This document shows, in pieces, positions 17,448 through 26,893 of a stretch of DNA of 33,547 bases. The notes under the pieces are model-generated. The model made no database searches. It worked only from the letters and a program-made list of their open reading frames with translations, and was not told where the DNA came from. The translations under genes and the position numbers were made by a program. Numbering within the stretch: position 1 is the stretch's first letter; every line of letters starts with the position of its first letter. Location of the stretch: the sequence record DRR723986_1335; one strand, written 5' to 3'.

Positions 17448-20282
17448 TTACTTCCCGCAATGTTCACAATATTTTGAATCTGGATTATGCTTGAATTCAA
17501 AATCTTCTTGATACAACTCTGCGATTAAGTGTTGCAGTTCAATTTTAAAATTCTCCAATAATTCTAGATCAAGATGTGTTTCGTCTTTATCTTTTCTGAC
17601 ATTTTGAAACCAGTCTGAAATATTTACCATTGAAATGATACCAGCAACAAATTTTTTCTTGTCTGGAAACTGCTGTTGAAACATCAATGCATACATTAAA
17701 AGCTGCCTTCCATAAGCTGTTTTATCATTCCTCATGAAATCAGGCATTATTTCTTCTGGTTTTTTTCGCTGGCTTGGGATTTTAACTTTAGAATCATCAC
17801 ACGATCCTGACTTATAATCTATAATTCTATACAAGTCACCTTTTTTATCAATTCTATCTGCCGTTCCCTTGATTCGGAAAGGTTTGGTTTCACCATTTAA
17901 TTGCAATGTGATATCAGCAAAAAAGTTGTCCTTTAATTCGAGACCAACAGGAATAATGGCGTCTGAGCTTTCGGTCACTTCTTTTATTTGTTGATCCAAA
18001 AATGCCTGAATCAATTTTTCTGAAACCTCAAATGAGAGTTTGTTTTGACCATACTTAAGGTCAGATTTTTTAAAATTCCGTCCGTTTTCGCCATTTAAAT
18101 AGGCATCAGTCAAACGGCTATTAACTTTCTTTTTTTCTGCTTTTAAAGCGTTTATAGTTAAAGCAGATCCTTTACCATCAATAAAAAAATTGTCACGAAT
18201 AATGCCTTCTAGCACATCATGGATTTTGGTTCCAAAGGTGGATGATTCTATATTTTCTTCAATTTCACCTTCTTCTTGAAGACCAATTATATATCTATAA
18301 TAGAAATCAAGTGGGCAAGCAATCAGTTTGTTCAAAGCTGAAGGAGATAATCCTTTTTCAAATAGTTGATCCAATTTTTTTTGGATACCTGGACTAGAAG
18401 TATAAACCACTTCTTTTGTATTCGCCCTATCATCTTCTGAACTGTAAGTGTAGCGTTTTAAACTATGCCCTTGATCCAAATCCAATTCATTTTCTAATTG
18501 GGTGATGAATCTCGACTGTTCGCCGTCAATCATGCCGTCTGAATGCGAATTATAAGTCATGTAAATTTTCGAACTTCTTTGAATTAATCGATAAAAGTGA
18601 TGTGCAAAAATGGCTTGTCGATCTTCTTCAGTTGGCAATTGTTGGTCAAATAATCTCAGATCCCTAGGTATCATGGAATTCACAATATTTGACTTTGGAA
18701 GGTTGCCTTCGTTCATTCCTAAAATGATGAGGTTATCAAAATCTAAGGTTCTAGTTTCTAAAATCCCCATTATTTGTAGCCCATCAATAGGGTTGCCTAA
18801 AAAGGATAGATTTTCGGCCTGCCAAAATTGATAAAACATGTTTTTGAATGTCTTGAGTTTGAGCTCGGTTTTGTATTGTTGCCAAATATCCTTGAATTTT
18901 TTAACTCCTTTTGAAAACTGATGGAGCAGTTCAAGATCGGTTGATTTATTGGTGCTATGATATAAACTCTTTTGGAGTGCCTCAATTAATTGGTCAAATA
19001 AAATAAGCTTTTCTGCCGTGTTACTTGGCCAAATTTTAAACAATCCTTCTATTTCTTTTAAGGCACTAAAATGGTCAATAAACTCAGATTGCTCAATAAA
19101 AATCACATTCCTTAGTGCCAGGTCATTTTGAAAATCTGCAATTTTTTGATGTTCATTAATGATAAGTCTGATGTAAGGATGCTGCAACAGATTCAATAGT
19201 GGTTTGTAATACAGTCTATCTGACTTAAATTTTGCGAAATTGAACTGAAACTCAAACAATAAATCACAAAGGCCTTTTAGATGCGAGAATTTAATGGGAT
19301 AACCCATGGTGATATTTGCCGAATCAATTTGAGCAGGTAAGGATCTTGTTAAAGGAATCAGTAATGATTCGTCTGCTAATACAATGGCGGTTGTATTTAA
19401 ATTGTCGCCTTCAGCCATGAGTTTCATGATGAGGTCGCCACAAATTTTAGTCTGTGAAGTTTGTTGAGCAGTTTCTATAATCTCTATTGACTTGGGTATA
19501 TCGTTAAAATGATTACTCGTTTTTGCCGGGATTCCCCAAGCTTGACAAATTTTATTGTAGAAATATCCCGCCTCATGATTTTTGTTCTCAAAATAAAAAC
19601 GGTCGATATCAAATACTATGGTTCCACACTTTTGCTTTCTGAACCAATTCATGATTTCTTGTTCTGCTCTTGAAATGGCATTGAATCCTAAAAAATAGGT
19701 GTGCTGCTTCAAGGCAATTTGTTCTAGTTTCAAGTCCTTATAAAAATTAGAATAAGCTTTTCCTGAATAAATTAAATGACGTTCAGTTAAGATGGCATTG
19801 AATCGATTGTAATAAGTAATGAGCTTGTCCCACAAATTTTTGAACCGTTTTTGGCCATCACTTAGTTCTTCAGAATCAAAACTCCAGTTCTCAATCTTTT
19901 TGATTTCATTGAGATTTTTGAAAATATTTTCTGGGTCGATTAGATAGCGATCAATTTCATCAAAATCTGATAAAATGATTTTACCCCACTGTGAAAATTG
20001 TTCAAAAGGCTCTGCATGTTCTTGTTCTATTTCAATATGAACTTGATGCAGAATGAATAATAATTCGGTTGGATTGAGGATTCTTTGCGCCGTATTTTTG
20101 TCTATCCACTCATTGATGGTTAAGATTTCAGGAGCAAAAAAAGGAGTTTTAATGAGTTGTGCCAGCTCTTTGTGAATGTAGACGGCAGCACGTTTGTTTG
20201 GAATAATGATTGAAATGTCGTCAAAATCACCTTGGTGATGATCAAAAATCCGTTTCGTTTGTTCTTGTAAAAATGAAATCAT
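17448..20282 (-). CDS. AddB-like PD-(D/E)XK nuclease family protein (probable AddAB subunit B)
   Basis: IIPNKRA, GLQIMGILETRTLDF, LSPSALNKLIACPLDFYY, GTKIHDVLE, KGTADRID...IIDYKSG and C-terminal CEHC. Confidence 0.85.
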   Translation of the reverse strand: MISFLQEQTKRIFDHHQGDFDDISIIIPNKRAAVYIHKELAQLIKTPFFAPEILTINEWIDKNTAQRILNPTELLFILHQVHIEIEQEHAEPFEQFSQWGKIILSDFDEIDRYLIDPENIFKNLNEIKKIENWSFDSEELSDGQKRFKNLWDKLITYYNRFNAILTERHLIYSGKAYSNFYKDLKLEQIALKQHTYFLGFNAISRAEQEIMNWFRKQKCGTIVFDIDRFYFENKNHEAGYFYNKICQAWGIPAKTSNHFNDIPKSIEIIETAQQTSQTKICGDLIMKLMAEGDNLNTTAIVLADESLLIPLTRSLPAQIDSANITMGYPIKFSHLKGLCDLLFEFQFNFAKFKSDRLYYKPLLNLLQHPYIRLIINEHQKIADFQNDLALRNVIFIEQSEFIDHFSALKEIEGLFKIWPSNTAEKLILFDQLIEALQKSLYHSTNKSTDLELLHQFSKGVKKFKDIWQQYKTELKLKTFKNMFYQFWQAENLSFLGNPIDGLQIMGILETRTLDFDNLIILGMNEGNLPKSNIVNSMIPRDLRLFDQQLPTEEDRQAIFAHHFYRLIQRSSKIYMTYNSHSDGMIDGEQSRFITQLENELDLDQGHSLKRYTYSSEDDRANTKEVVYTSSPGIQKKLDQLFEKGLSPSALNKLIACPLDFYYRYIIGLQEEGEIEENIESSTFGTKIHDVLEGIIRDNFFIDGKGSALTINALKAEKKKVNSRLTDAYLNGENGRNFKKSDLKYGQNKLSFEVSEKLIQAFLDQQIKEVTESSDAIIPVGLELKDNFFADITLQLNGETKPFRIKGTADRIDKKGDLYRIIDYKSGSCDDSKVKIPSQRKKPEEIMPDFMRNDKTAYGRQLLMYALMFQQQFPDKKKFVAGIISMVNISDWFQNVRKDKDETHLDLELLENFKIELQHLIAELYQEDFEFKHNPDSKYCEHCGK

Positions 20283-20431
20283 TAAAAGCGTGATGTGTCA
20301 ATGGTTTAAAGCTAGTAATTTTAGTTTAAAATAATGTGTGCTAAAAAATAATTGACAAAAAATTTGGCAAGAATTAAATTTATTGATTAATATTGCGTCA
20401 ACGAATGATTAAAAAATAATCAATCAAAAAA

Positions 20432-20893
20432 ATGACAAAACTACAAAAAGGAGATAAAGCACCAGATTTCAATTGTGCAGATGAAAACGGAAACATGATT
20501 TCTTTATCTGATTATAAAGGTAAGAAATTGGTTTTGTATTTCTATCCTAAGGATAATACCCCAGGATGTACAACAGAATCTTGTAATTTGAGAGATAATT
20601 ATCAAGCAATGTTAAAAGCAGGATATGAGGTTTTAGGTGTAAGTGCAGATACTGAAAAGAAACACTTGAATTTTATTGACAAGTTTGATTTGCCTTTTCA
20701 TTTATTGGCAGATGTAGAAAAAAAAGTAATCAATGATTATGGTGTATGGGGCCCTAAAAAATTCATGGGACGAGAGTATGACGGCATACACAGAACCACC
20801 TTTGTGATAGATGAGAATGGGGTAATTGAAGAGGTGATAACTAAAGTAAAAACCAAAGCTCATGCTGAGCAGATTTTAGCGATAGAAGATTAA
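20432..20893 (+). CDS. bcp: Thioredoxin-dependent thiol peroxidase (BCP/PrxQ)
   Basis: LYFYPKDNTPGCTTESC peroxidatic motif and RTTFVIDENG. Confidence 0.95.
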   Translation: MTKLQKGDKAPDFNCADENGNMISLSDYKGKKLVLYFYPKDNTPGCTTESCNLRDNYQAMLKAGYEVLGVSADTEKKHLNFIDKFDLPFHLLADVEKKVINDYGVWGPKKFMGREYDGIHRTTFVIDENGVIEEVITKVKTKAHAEQILAIED

Positions 20894-20978
20894 TGATTTA
20901 GATAATAAACAACAAACCAAAAGGGGTACGTAAATAGTTTACGATTTGGTAATATTCCTTTGTTTCAAATTAATAATT

Positions 20979-21995
20979 ATGGCAGAAGTAAAAGAAGTAA
21001 ACAATGAAAAGCTTAAAGCATTACAGTTAACGCTTGATAAGCTTGAAAAAACTTACGGTAAAGGAACCGTAATGAAATTAGGAGATGAAGCAATCGTAGA
21101 CATTGATGTTATTCCTACAGGCTCAGTAACACTTGATTTAGCATTAGGAGTTAAAGGCTTTCCTAAAGGGAGAATAGTTGAAATTTACGGACCAGAATCT
21201 TCAGGTAAAACAACAATAGCAATTCATGCAATCGCAGAATGCCAAAAACAAGGAGGTATAGCTGCCTTTATTGATGCAGAGCACGCTTTTGATCGTTTTT
21301 ACGCAGAAAAATTGGGAGTTGATATTGATAATTTATTGATTTCTCAGCCAGATAATGGTGAGCAAGCTTTGGAGATTGCAGATAATTTAATCCGTTCAGG
21401 AGCAATTGATTTGTTGGTGGTTGATTCAGTTGCAGCCTTAACCCCAAAAGCAGAGATTGAAGGTGAGATGGGAGATTCACAAATGGGCTTGCAGGCAAGA
21501 TTGATGTCAAAAGCCTTAAGAAAGTTGACAGGTTCAATTAATAAAGCGAATACCTGTTGCATATTCATTAACCAATTGAGAGAGAAAATTGGAGTGATGT
21601 TCGGAAACCCTGAAACAACAACTGGTGGAAATGCATTGAAGTTTTATTCTTCTATTCGTATCGACATTAGAAGATCTTCTCAAATCAAAGATGGTGATGA
21701 AGTGATTGGTAATAGAACGAAGATTAAAATTGTTAAAAATAAAGTAGCACCACCTTTCAGAAGAGCTGAGTTTGATATCATGTATGGAGAAGGAATTTCT
21801 AAAGTGGGTGAGATTTTAGATATCGGAGTTGAATTGAATATCATTAAAAAGAGTGGTTCTTGGTTCAGTTATGGCGATACTAAACTAGGTCAAGGTAGAG
21901 ACGCAGTGAAAGCTTTACTAAAAGATAACCCAGAGCTTTTAGATGAACTAGAACAAAAAATAGTTGAAGGTATAGAAGGCGAGGAAGTCGCTTAG
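20979..21995 (+). CDS. recA: Recombinase RecA
   Basis: [24 protein letters not shown] and [28 protein letters not shown]. Start taken at ATG 20979 (MAEVKE). Confidence 0.99.
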   Translation: MAEVKEVNNEKLKALQLTLDKLEKTYGKGTVMKLGDEAIVDIDVIPTGSVTLDLALGVKGFPKGRIVEIYGPESSGKTTIAIHAIAECQKQGGIAAFIDAEHAFDRFYAEKLGVDIDNLLISQPDNGEQALEIADNLIRSGAIDLLVVDSVAALTPKAEIEGEMGDSQMGLQARLMSKALRKLTGSINKANTCCIFINQLREKIGVMFGNPETTTGGNALKFYSSIRIDIRRSSQIKDGDEVIGNRTKIKIVKNKVAPPFRRAEFDIMYGEGISKVGEILDIGVELNIIKKSGSWFSYGDTKLGQGRDAVKALLKDNPELLDELEQKIVEGIEGEEVA

Positions 21996-22014
21996 GACTT
22001 TACTTCTACCAAAG

Positions 22015-22076
22015 AAAGGGGAGTGGATTCGAACTGTCGAGGCTATGCCAAGACAGAACGGATTGCTCCTTTTTTT
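22015..22076 (+). terminator. Probable intrinsic terminator after recA (long stem with inner hairpin)
   Basis: AAAGGGGAGTGG pairs with TTGCTCCTTTT and is followed by a T run; inner CTGTC/GACAG stem. Confidence 0.6.
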
Positions 22077-22141
22077 GTACCCTTTAGTCAATCAGTATCA
22101 AACACTCCTCAGAAAATTCTATTTTTACACAAAATTCAAAC

Positions 22142-23188
22142 GTGAGAATAGTTGCATCCATATTAATTTTAACGCTAATAGTCGCATGCGGAGGCGAAGA
22201 GCCCAAAGAAGACAAGAATCCAATAGACATTACTGATGAAAATGGTGTTGTTGATTCCCTTAAATTTTATCAAACTAAACTTAATGCTGATCCGAATAAT
22301 CCGCTAGTGCTTTTCGAACGAGCACAGTATTATATTAGAAAAGGGAATGTCGAGTTGGCTCAACTTGATTTGGAACAGGCCTTAGAAAAAGATTCAAGCA
22401 TTCTCAAAGTACATAAGTTATACGCAGATGTTAACTTGGCCCAGCTTGATTTAGAGAAAAGTAAATATCACTATGATTATATCATAGCACGAGACTCAAC
22501 CAATGCTGGAGCATATGTTGGATTAGGAAAATTATATGCGGCATTAAATAATTCACAGGAGGCAATTTACTATTTAAGTGAAGCGCTTAAAATTAACCCT
22601 TACCTACCTGAACCTTATTTTACCAAAGGACTTATCTATAGATCTGACTATTATGTAAGAGAAGATGAGGACCCCAGAAAAGAAGAAAGTTGGAATCGTG
22701 CTGTCAGCTCATTTCAAACGGCAGTCGAACAAGATCCTAATTATTATTCTGCATACATTGCCATGGGGGTGATGTATGATGAAAAAGGTGATTCTCTTGC
22801 CTTAGAGTATTATAATTCGGCCATAGATATCGCACCTAACAGTTTGGAGGCTTGGTATAATAAAGGCATGTACTATCAAAATAGAGAAGAAGTAGATGAT
22901 GCATTGAATTGCTATTATACGATCAACGATATTGATGAAACTTGGCCAGATCCTTATTATAACATAGGTTATATTCATTTATTGATGACACGAGAATATG
23001 ACAGCTCCATTTTCTATTTTGAACGAGCTACACAATTAGATCCCATGTATTATCAAGCTTACAATAATATGGGATTCGCTTATGAAAAGAAAGGTGATTT
23101 AAATAATGCCAGAAAATTCTATCAAAAAGCAGTTGAAATAAACCCTAATTTTCAATTGGCAAAAGATAATTTGAATGCCATAGATTGA
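22142..23188 (+). CDS. Tetratricopeptide-repeat lipoprotein
   Basis: Lipobox LIVA|C after a hydrophobic stretch; multiple TPRs (AYNNMGFAYEKKGDLNNARKFYQKAVEINPNF); GTG start. Confidence 0.88.
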   Translation: MRIVASILILTLIVACGGEEPKEDKNPIDITDENGVVDSLKFYQTKLNADPNNPLVLFERAQYYIRKGNVELAQLDLEQALEKDSSILKVHKLYADVNLAQLDLEKSKYHYDYIIARDSTNAGAYVGLGKLYAALNNSQEAIYYLSEALKINPYLPEPYFTKGLIYRSDYYVREDEDPRKEESWNRAVSSFQTAVEQDPNYYSAYIAMGVMYDEKGDSLALEYYNSAIDIAPNSLEAWYNKGMYYQNREEVDDALNCYYTINDIDETWPDPYYNIGYIHLLMTREYDSSIFYFERATQLDPMYYQAYNNMGFAYEKKGDLNNARKFYQKAVEINPNFQLAKDNLNAID

Positions 23189-23808
23189 TGAACTTTAGAA
23201 AAGTTTTAGCACATCCTTTATTTCAATACTCACTAGAGTTAGCATTACCAGTTCTGGGTTATTTATTTCTTGGGTGGACATTGCCCGTGATCATAGCTTT
23301 TTATTTTTTTGATTTTCTAGGTGCTGAGTTTGCTCGTCACAGAAGGCATAAAAAAGTGATGGAGGTAAATTCAGCTGCCGAAGAATCTGTATGGACGACA
23401 GGAGTGGTTGTGTCTGTAATGGTTTTTGTATTAACGACATCACTGGCGCTTTTTTTAATGGCTGATATGATTGGTGTTTCTGGTTCAAAACCCATGGTTG
23501 AAATTGTAGAATTTCTAAAGGAAGAAGGGTGGCTTTTACTACCATTAGTTCTACTCGCAGCTCACCTAAAAGATAAAATGACTTTTTACATGCCTAAAAA
23601 GTACTACGATTACACATTCGATAAATTGATGAAGAATTTTTATTTGGAAATAATTGTATTACTCCTTCTTATCTGCGGAGGCTTAGTGGGTTACTATTAT
23701 TTGTCCAATACAATAGACGGACTTATTTTATTGACCAGTTTTGTGTTAATCAAATTGATATTTGATTTTGGATTGGTTAGACCGCTAAGAGAAAAGTCGA
23801 AAGCCTAA
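23185..23808 (+). CDS. Hypothetical integral membrane protein
   Basis: 207 aa with about 5-6 hydrophobic segments; overlaps the TPR gene stop and the convergent purF stop. Confidence 0.7.
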   Translation: MMNFRKVLAHPLFQYSLELALPVLGYLFLGWTLPVIIAFYFFDFLGAEFARHRRHKKVMEVNSAAEESVWTTGVVVSVMVFVLTTSLALFLMADMIGVSGSKPMVEIVEFLKEEGWLLLPLVLLAAHLKDKMTFYMPKKYYDYTFDKLMKNFYLEIIVLLLLICGGLVGYYYLSNTIDGLILLTSFVLIKLIFDFGLVRPLREKSKA

Positions 23809-25706
23809 TAAGCTCTTTCAGAACTTCCTTCCACGTAATTCATAAATGCTTTATTAACCACTTTGTTTCCTCCAGCAGTTGGATAATCTCCAGTAAAATA
23901 CCAGTCACCTGTATGATTAGGAATGGCTGTATGTAAATTCTCTATGGTTTGATACACTATTCTAACTTCAGCATTAATGTCACTTGGAGTTAAAAGTTTG
24001 GCGATTTTTCCGGAAATCTCATCTGCGCTAAACGGTTTGTAGATGGCCTTAACACGGTTTTGCATTTCTTCTTTTTTCAAGTTCAGCTCAGCTTTACATG
24101 CTTCATATGTTTCTTGAATAATGTGTTCTTGTCCTGTTTCCTTTAAGAGTTGTATTGCTGCTTCAAAAGCAATAAAATCTCCCATTTTCGCCATATCAAT
24201 ACCGTAACAATCAGGGTATCGAATTTGAGGTGCTGAAGAAACGACAACTATTCGCTTAGGGTTCAGTCGGTCCAAAATTCGAAGAATACTTTTTTTCAAA
24301 GTAGTTCCTCTAACAATTGAATCGTCAATAATTACCAAATTGTCCTCACCCTCTTTAACGGTTCCGTAAGTAATATCATAAACGTGCGCAACCAAATCAT
24401 CTCTTCCGTCATCTTGAGTAATAAAGGTTCTAAGCTTAGTGTCTTTGATGGCTATCTTTTCAATACGGGTTCGTTTGGCTAAAATATTTGCCAATTCTTC
24501 ATCCGTAATCGAGCTTCCCTTTTCCTTTATTTGTTGAAGTTTAAGATTGTTTTGGTATTTCTCAAGTCCTTTAATGAGTCCAAAAAATGACGTTTCAGCG
24601 GAATTCGGTATGTAGGTGAAGACAGCATCATCAATCCCGCCATCAATTTGTCTGATGGTATCTTCAACAAGAAGTTTACCGAGATTCTTTCTTTCTGTAT
24701 AAATGTCTTTATCTCCAGGTCTTGCAAAATAGATGCGTTCGAACGAACATTGCTTAAGTGCTCTTGGTGCGTTTATTTCATACTCTGCTGCCTCACCGTT
24801 CTTTTTTACAATTAAGGCATGACCGGGTGTTAATTCCTTTACGTCTTCAAGGTCAACGTTGAACGCAGTTTGTATCACTGGGCGTTCTGAAGTTACTACG
24901 CAAATTTCATCATCCTCATACCAGAATGCTGGTCGAATTCCGTTCGGATCTCTCAGTACAAAAGCGTCTCCATGACCGATTAAACCGCACATAGCATATC
25001 CGCCATCCCAGTATTCTGAAGATTTTTTTAGGATTTTTTGGATGTCCATGTTTTGTCCAATCAAATTATAGACATCTCTATTAGAATAGCCTTCTGGCTT
25101 ATATTTAGCGTAAAGTTCAGCATTTTCTTCATCTAAAAAGTGACCGATCTTTTCAAGCACTGTAACTGTATCTGCTTTTGCTTTAGGGTGCTGTCCCAGT
25201 TTTAATAATCGCTCAAATAATTCATCATTATTCGTGAGGTTAAAGTTACCTGCAACGATTAGATTTCTTGTTTTCCAATTGTTTTGTCTTAGAAACGGAT
25301 GACAAGATTCAATGGAGTTTCTTCCAAAAGTTCCATATCTTAAATGTCCTAAAAAAAGTTCACCTGTAAAACCTGCATTCTTTTTTAGATAATTGACATC
25401 CCTCAATAGAGCAGGGTCTTTATCTTCAATTTCGTTAAACCTCTTGTTGACATGTTTAAAGATGTCTTGAATTGGTTTTTGATCAATTGATCGAAATCTA
25501 GAGATATAACGTTCTCCTGGTTCTACATCAAATTTAATGTTCGCTAATCCAGCACCGTCTTGACCTCTGTTGTGCTGTTTTTCCATTAACAAATACATTT
25601 TGTTCAGTCCGTAAAAGGCCGTTCCGTATTTGTCAAGATAAAATTGAAGAGGTTTTTTGAGTCTTAAAAGTGCTATTCCGCACTCGTGTTTTATAGGATC
25701 GCTCAT
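23805..25706 (-). CDS. purF: Amidophosphoribosyltransferase
   Basis: Propeptide plus HE|CGIA catalytic Cys, QHNRGQDGAG, GHLRYGT, CSFERIYF and PRPP site IIDDSIVRGTT. Confidence 0.95.
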   Translation of the reverse strand: MSDPIKHECGIALLRLKKPLQFYLDKYGTAFYGLNKMYLLMEKQHNRGQDGAGLANIKFDVEPGERYISRFRSIDQKPIQDIFKHVNKRFNEIEDKDPALLRDVNYLKKNAGFTGELFLGHLRYGTFGRNSIESCHPFLRQNNWKTRNLIVAGNFNLTNNDELFERLLKLGQHPKAKADTVTVLEKIGHFLDEENAELYAKYKPEGYSNRDVYNLIGQNMDIQKILKKSSEYWDGGYAMCGLIGHGDAFVLRDPNGIRPAFWYEDDEICVVTSERPVIQTAFNVDLEDVKELTPGHALIVKKNGEAAEYEINAPRALKQCSFERIYFARPGDKDIYTERKNLGKLLVEDTIRQIDGGIDDAVFTYIPNSAETSFFGLIKGLEKYQNNLKLQQIKEKGSSITDEELANILAKRTRIEKIAIKDTKLRTFITQDDGRDDLVAHVYDITYGTVKEGEDNLVIIDDSIVRGTTLKKSILRILDRLNPKRIVVVSSAPQIRYPDCYGIDMAKMGDFIAFEAAIQLLKETGQEHIIQETYEACKAELNLKKEEMQNRVKAIYKPFSADEISGKIAKLLTPSDINAEVRIVYQTIENLHTAIPNHTGDWYFTGDYPTAGGNKVVNKAFMNYVEGSSERAY

Positions 25707-25725
25707 TTATGTAACTTTGAGCACG

Positions 25726-25733
25726 CAAAAATA
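25726..25733 (-). promoter_or_regulatory. -7 promoter element for purF
   Basis: Minus-strand TATTTTTG(CG), about 20 nt upstream of the ATG. Confidence 0.65.
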
Positions 25734-25792
25734 AGAAAGACATTGGGATAAATTGCATTCTGAAATTAATTCCAATATTTTTTCGGCTATTC

Positions 25793-25823
25793 TTTGTTAA
25801 TAAAATTAACCTTCGTACATTTG
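25793..25823 (+). promoter_or_regulatory. Bacteroidota -33/-7 promoter for the rplM-rpsI-rpsB-tsf operon
   Basis: TTTG (25793-25796), a 19 nt spacer, then TACATTTG (25816-25823): exact TTTG-N19-21-TAnnTTTG consensus. Confidence 0.85.
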
Positions 25824-25870
25824 CACCCCCAATTTAGGGGAATAGTATATAAACTTAAATACAAAATATT

Positions 25871-26326
25871 GTGGACACACTAAGTTATAAAACGGTTTCA
25901 GGCAATAAAGAGACGGCTAACAAAAAATGGTTAATCGTTGATGCTGAGGGACAAAAACTTGGGAGATTAGCAAGTAAAGTTGCTTATATCATTAGAGGAA
26001 AACACAAAACTAATTTTACTCCAAACGCGGATTGTGGTGATAACGTAATCGTGATCAACGCTGAGAAGATAGAGTTAAGTGGTAATAAATTGGAGGTAAA
26101 AGAATATATCAGACACACTGGTTACCCAGGAGGTCAAAGAGTTCTTACTGCAAGAGAGGTGATGGAGAAACATCCAGAGAGATTGGTTGAAAAAGCAGTT
26201 AAAGGGATGCTTCCAAAAAATAAATTAGGAAACGCTTTATACAGAAACCTTAAGGTTTATGTTGGTGCTGAGCATGGTCAAGAAGCTCAAAAACCAGAAG
26301 TGATTAAATTGGATTCAATTAAATAA
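25871..26326 (+). CDS. rplM: 50S ribosomal protein L13
   Basis: [23 protein letters not shown] and [12 protein letters not shown] start. Confidence 0.99.
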   Translation: MDTLSYKTVSGNKETANKKWLIVDAEGQKLGRLASKVAYIIRGKHKTNFTPNADCGDNVIVINAEKIELSGNKLEVKEYIRHTGYPGGQRVLTAREVMEKHPERLVEKAVKGMLPKNKLGNALYRNLKVYVGAEHGQEAQKPEVIKLDSIK

Positions 26327-26331
26327 TCAAT

Positions 26332-26718
26332 ATGAGTGTAATTAACACATTAGGTAGAAGAAAAGCTGCTGTTGCACGTGTTTATCTTTCAAAAGGGAAG
26401 GGAAATATCACTATTAATAAAAGAGATGTAAAAGACTATTTTGCAACTCCTGTATTATTAGAGAAAGTAAACCAACCTTTTAACCTTACTGATACATTAG
26501 GTCAATATGACGCTAAAATTAATGTTGATGGTGGTGGAGTTAATGGTCAAGCTGAAGCAATCCGTTTAGGGATTTCAAGAGCTTTGGTTGAAGTTAATGC
26601 TGACTTCAAACCTTTGCTTAAAGCTGAAGGTTTAATGACTAGAGACCCAAGAATGGTAGAAAGAAAGAAACCGGGTCAAAAGAAAGCAAGAAAGAAATTT
26701 CAGTTCTCGAAACGTTAG
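26332..26718 (+). CDS. rpsI: 30S ribosomal protein S9
   Basis: [10 protein letters not shown] and [26 protein letters not shown]. Confidence 0.99.
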   Translation: MSVINTLGRRKAAVARVYLSKGKGNITINKRDVKDYFATPVLLEKVNQPFNLTDTLGQYDAKINVDGGGVNGQAEAIRLGISRALVEVNADFKPLLKAEGLMTRDPRMVERKKPGQKKARKKFQFSKR

Positions 26719-26734
26719 TATTTTCAACTATCTA

Positions 26735-26879
26735 TGTTCTTTCGGCTCGGCCGAAAGAGCGTTTAGTATCTAAATCTTTAAGATTCAGTCTCAGATTGAC
26801 TACTTAGAGGTTGCTTCCAGTTCGCAAGGTGTGAATGAAGTAAAAAAGAAAGTAAACAGGCTGACCCTTAGCGTCAGTT
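26735..26879 (+). promoter_or_regulatory. Structured rpsI-rpsB intergenic RNA (candidate rpsB leader)
   Basis: Several nested stems: TGTTCTTTCGGC/GCCGAAAGAGCG, AATCTTTAAG/CTTAGAGGTT, GCTTC/GAAGT, GTTTA/TAAAC and GGCTGAC/GTCAGTT. Confidence 0.55.
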
Positions 26880-26893
26880 GTAAAATTTAAAAA

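Noticed and set aside
17448-20282. PD-(D/E)XK nuclease read as Cas4 or a defence nuclease
   Set aside because: Its size and inactive helicase-like N-terminus fit AddB, and no CRISPR repeats or cas genes are present.
22015-22076. AAAGGGGAGTGG resembles the start of a yybP-ykoY (Mn2+) riboswitch
   Set aside because: The rest of the four-way junction is not visible, and the sequence pairs simply with TTGCTCCTTTT plus a T tract after recA, so a terminator explains it.
23805-25706. PurF is long (633 aa)
   Set aside because: All catalytic motifs are present in order, and the long form is typical of Bacteroidota.
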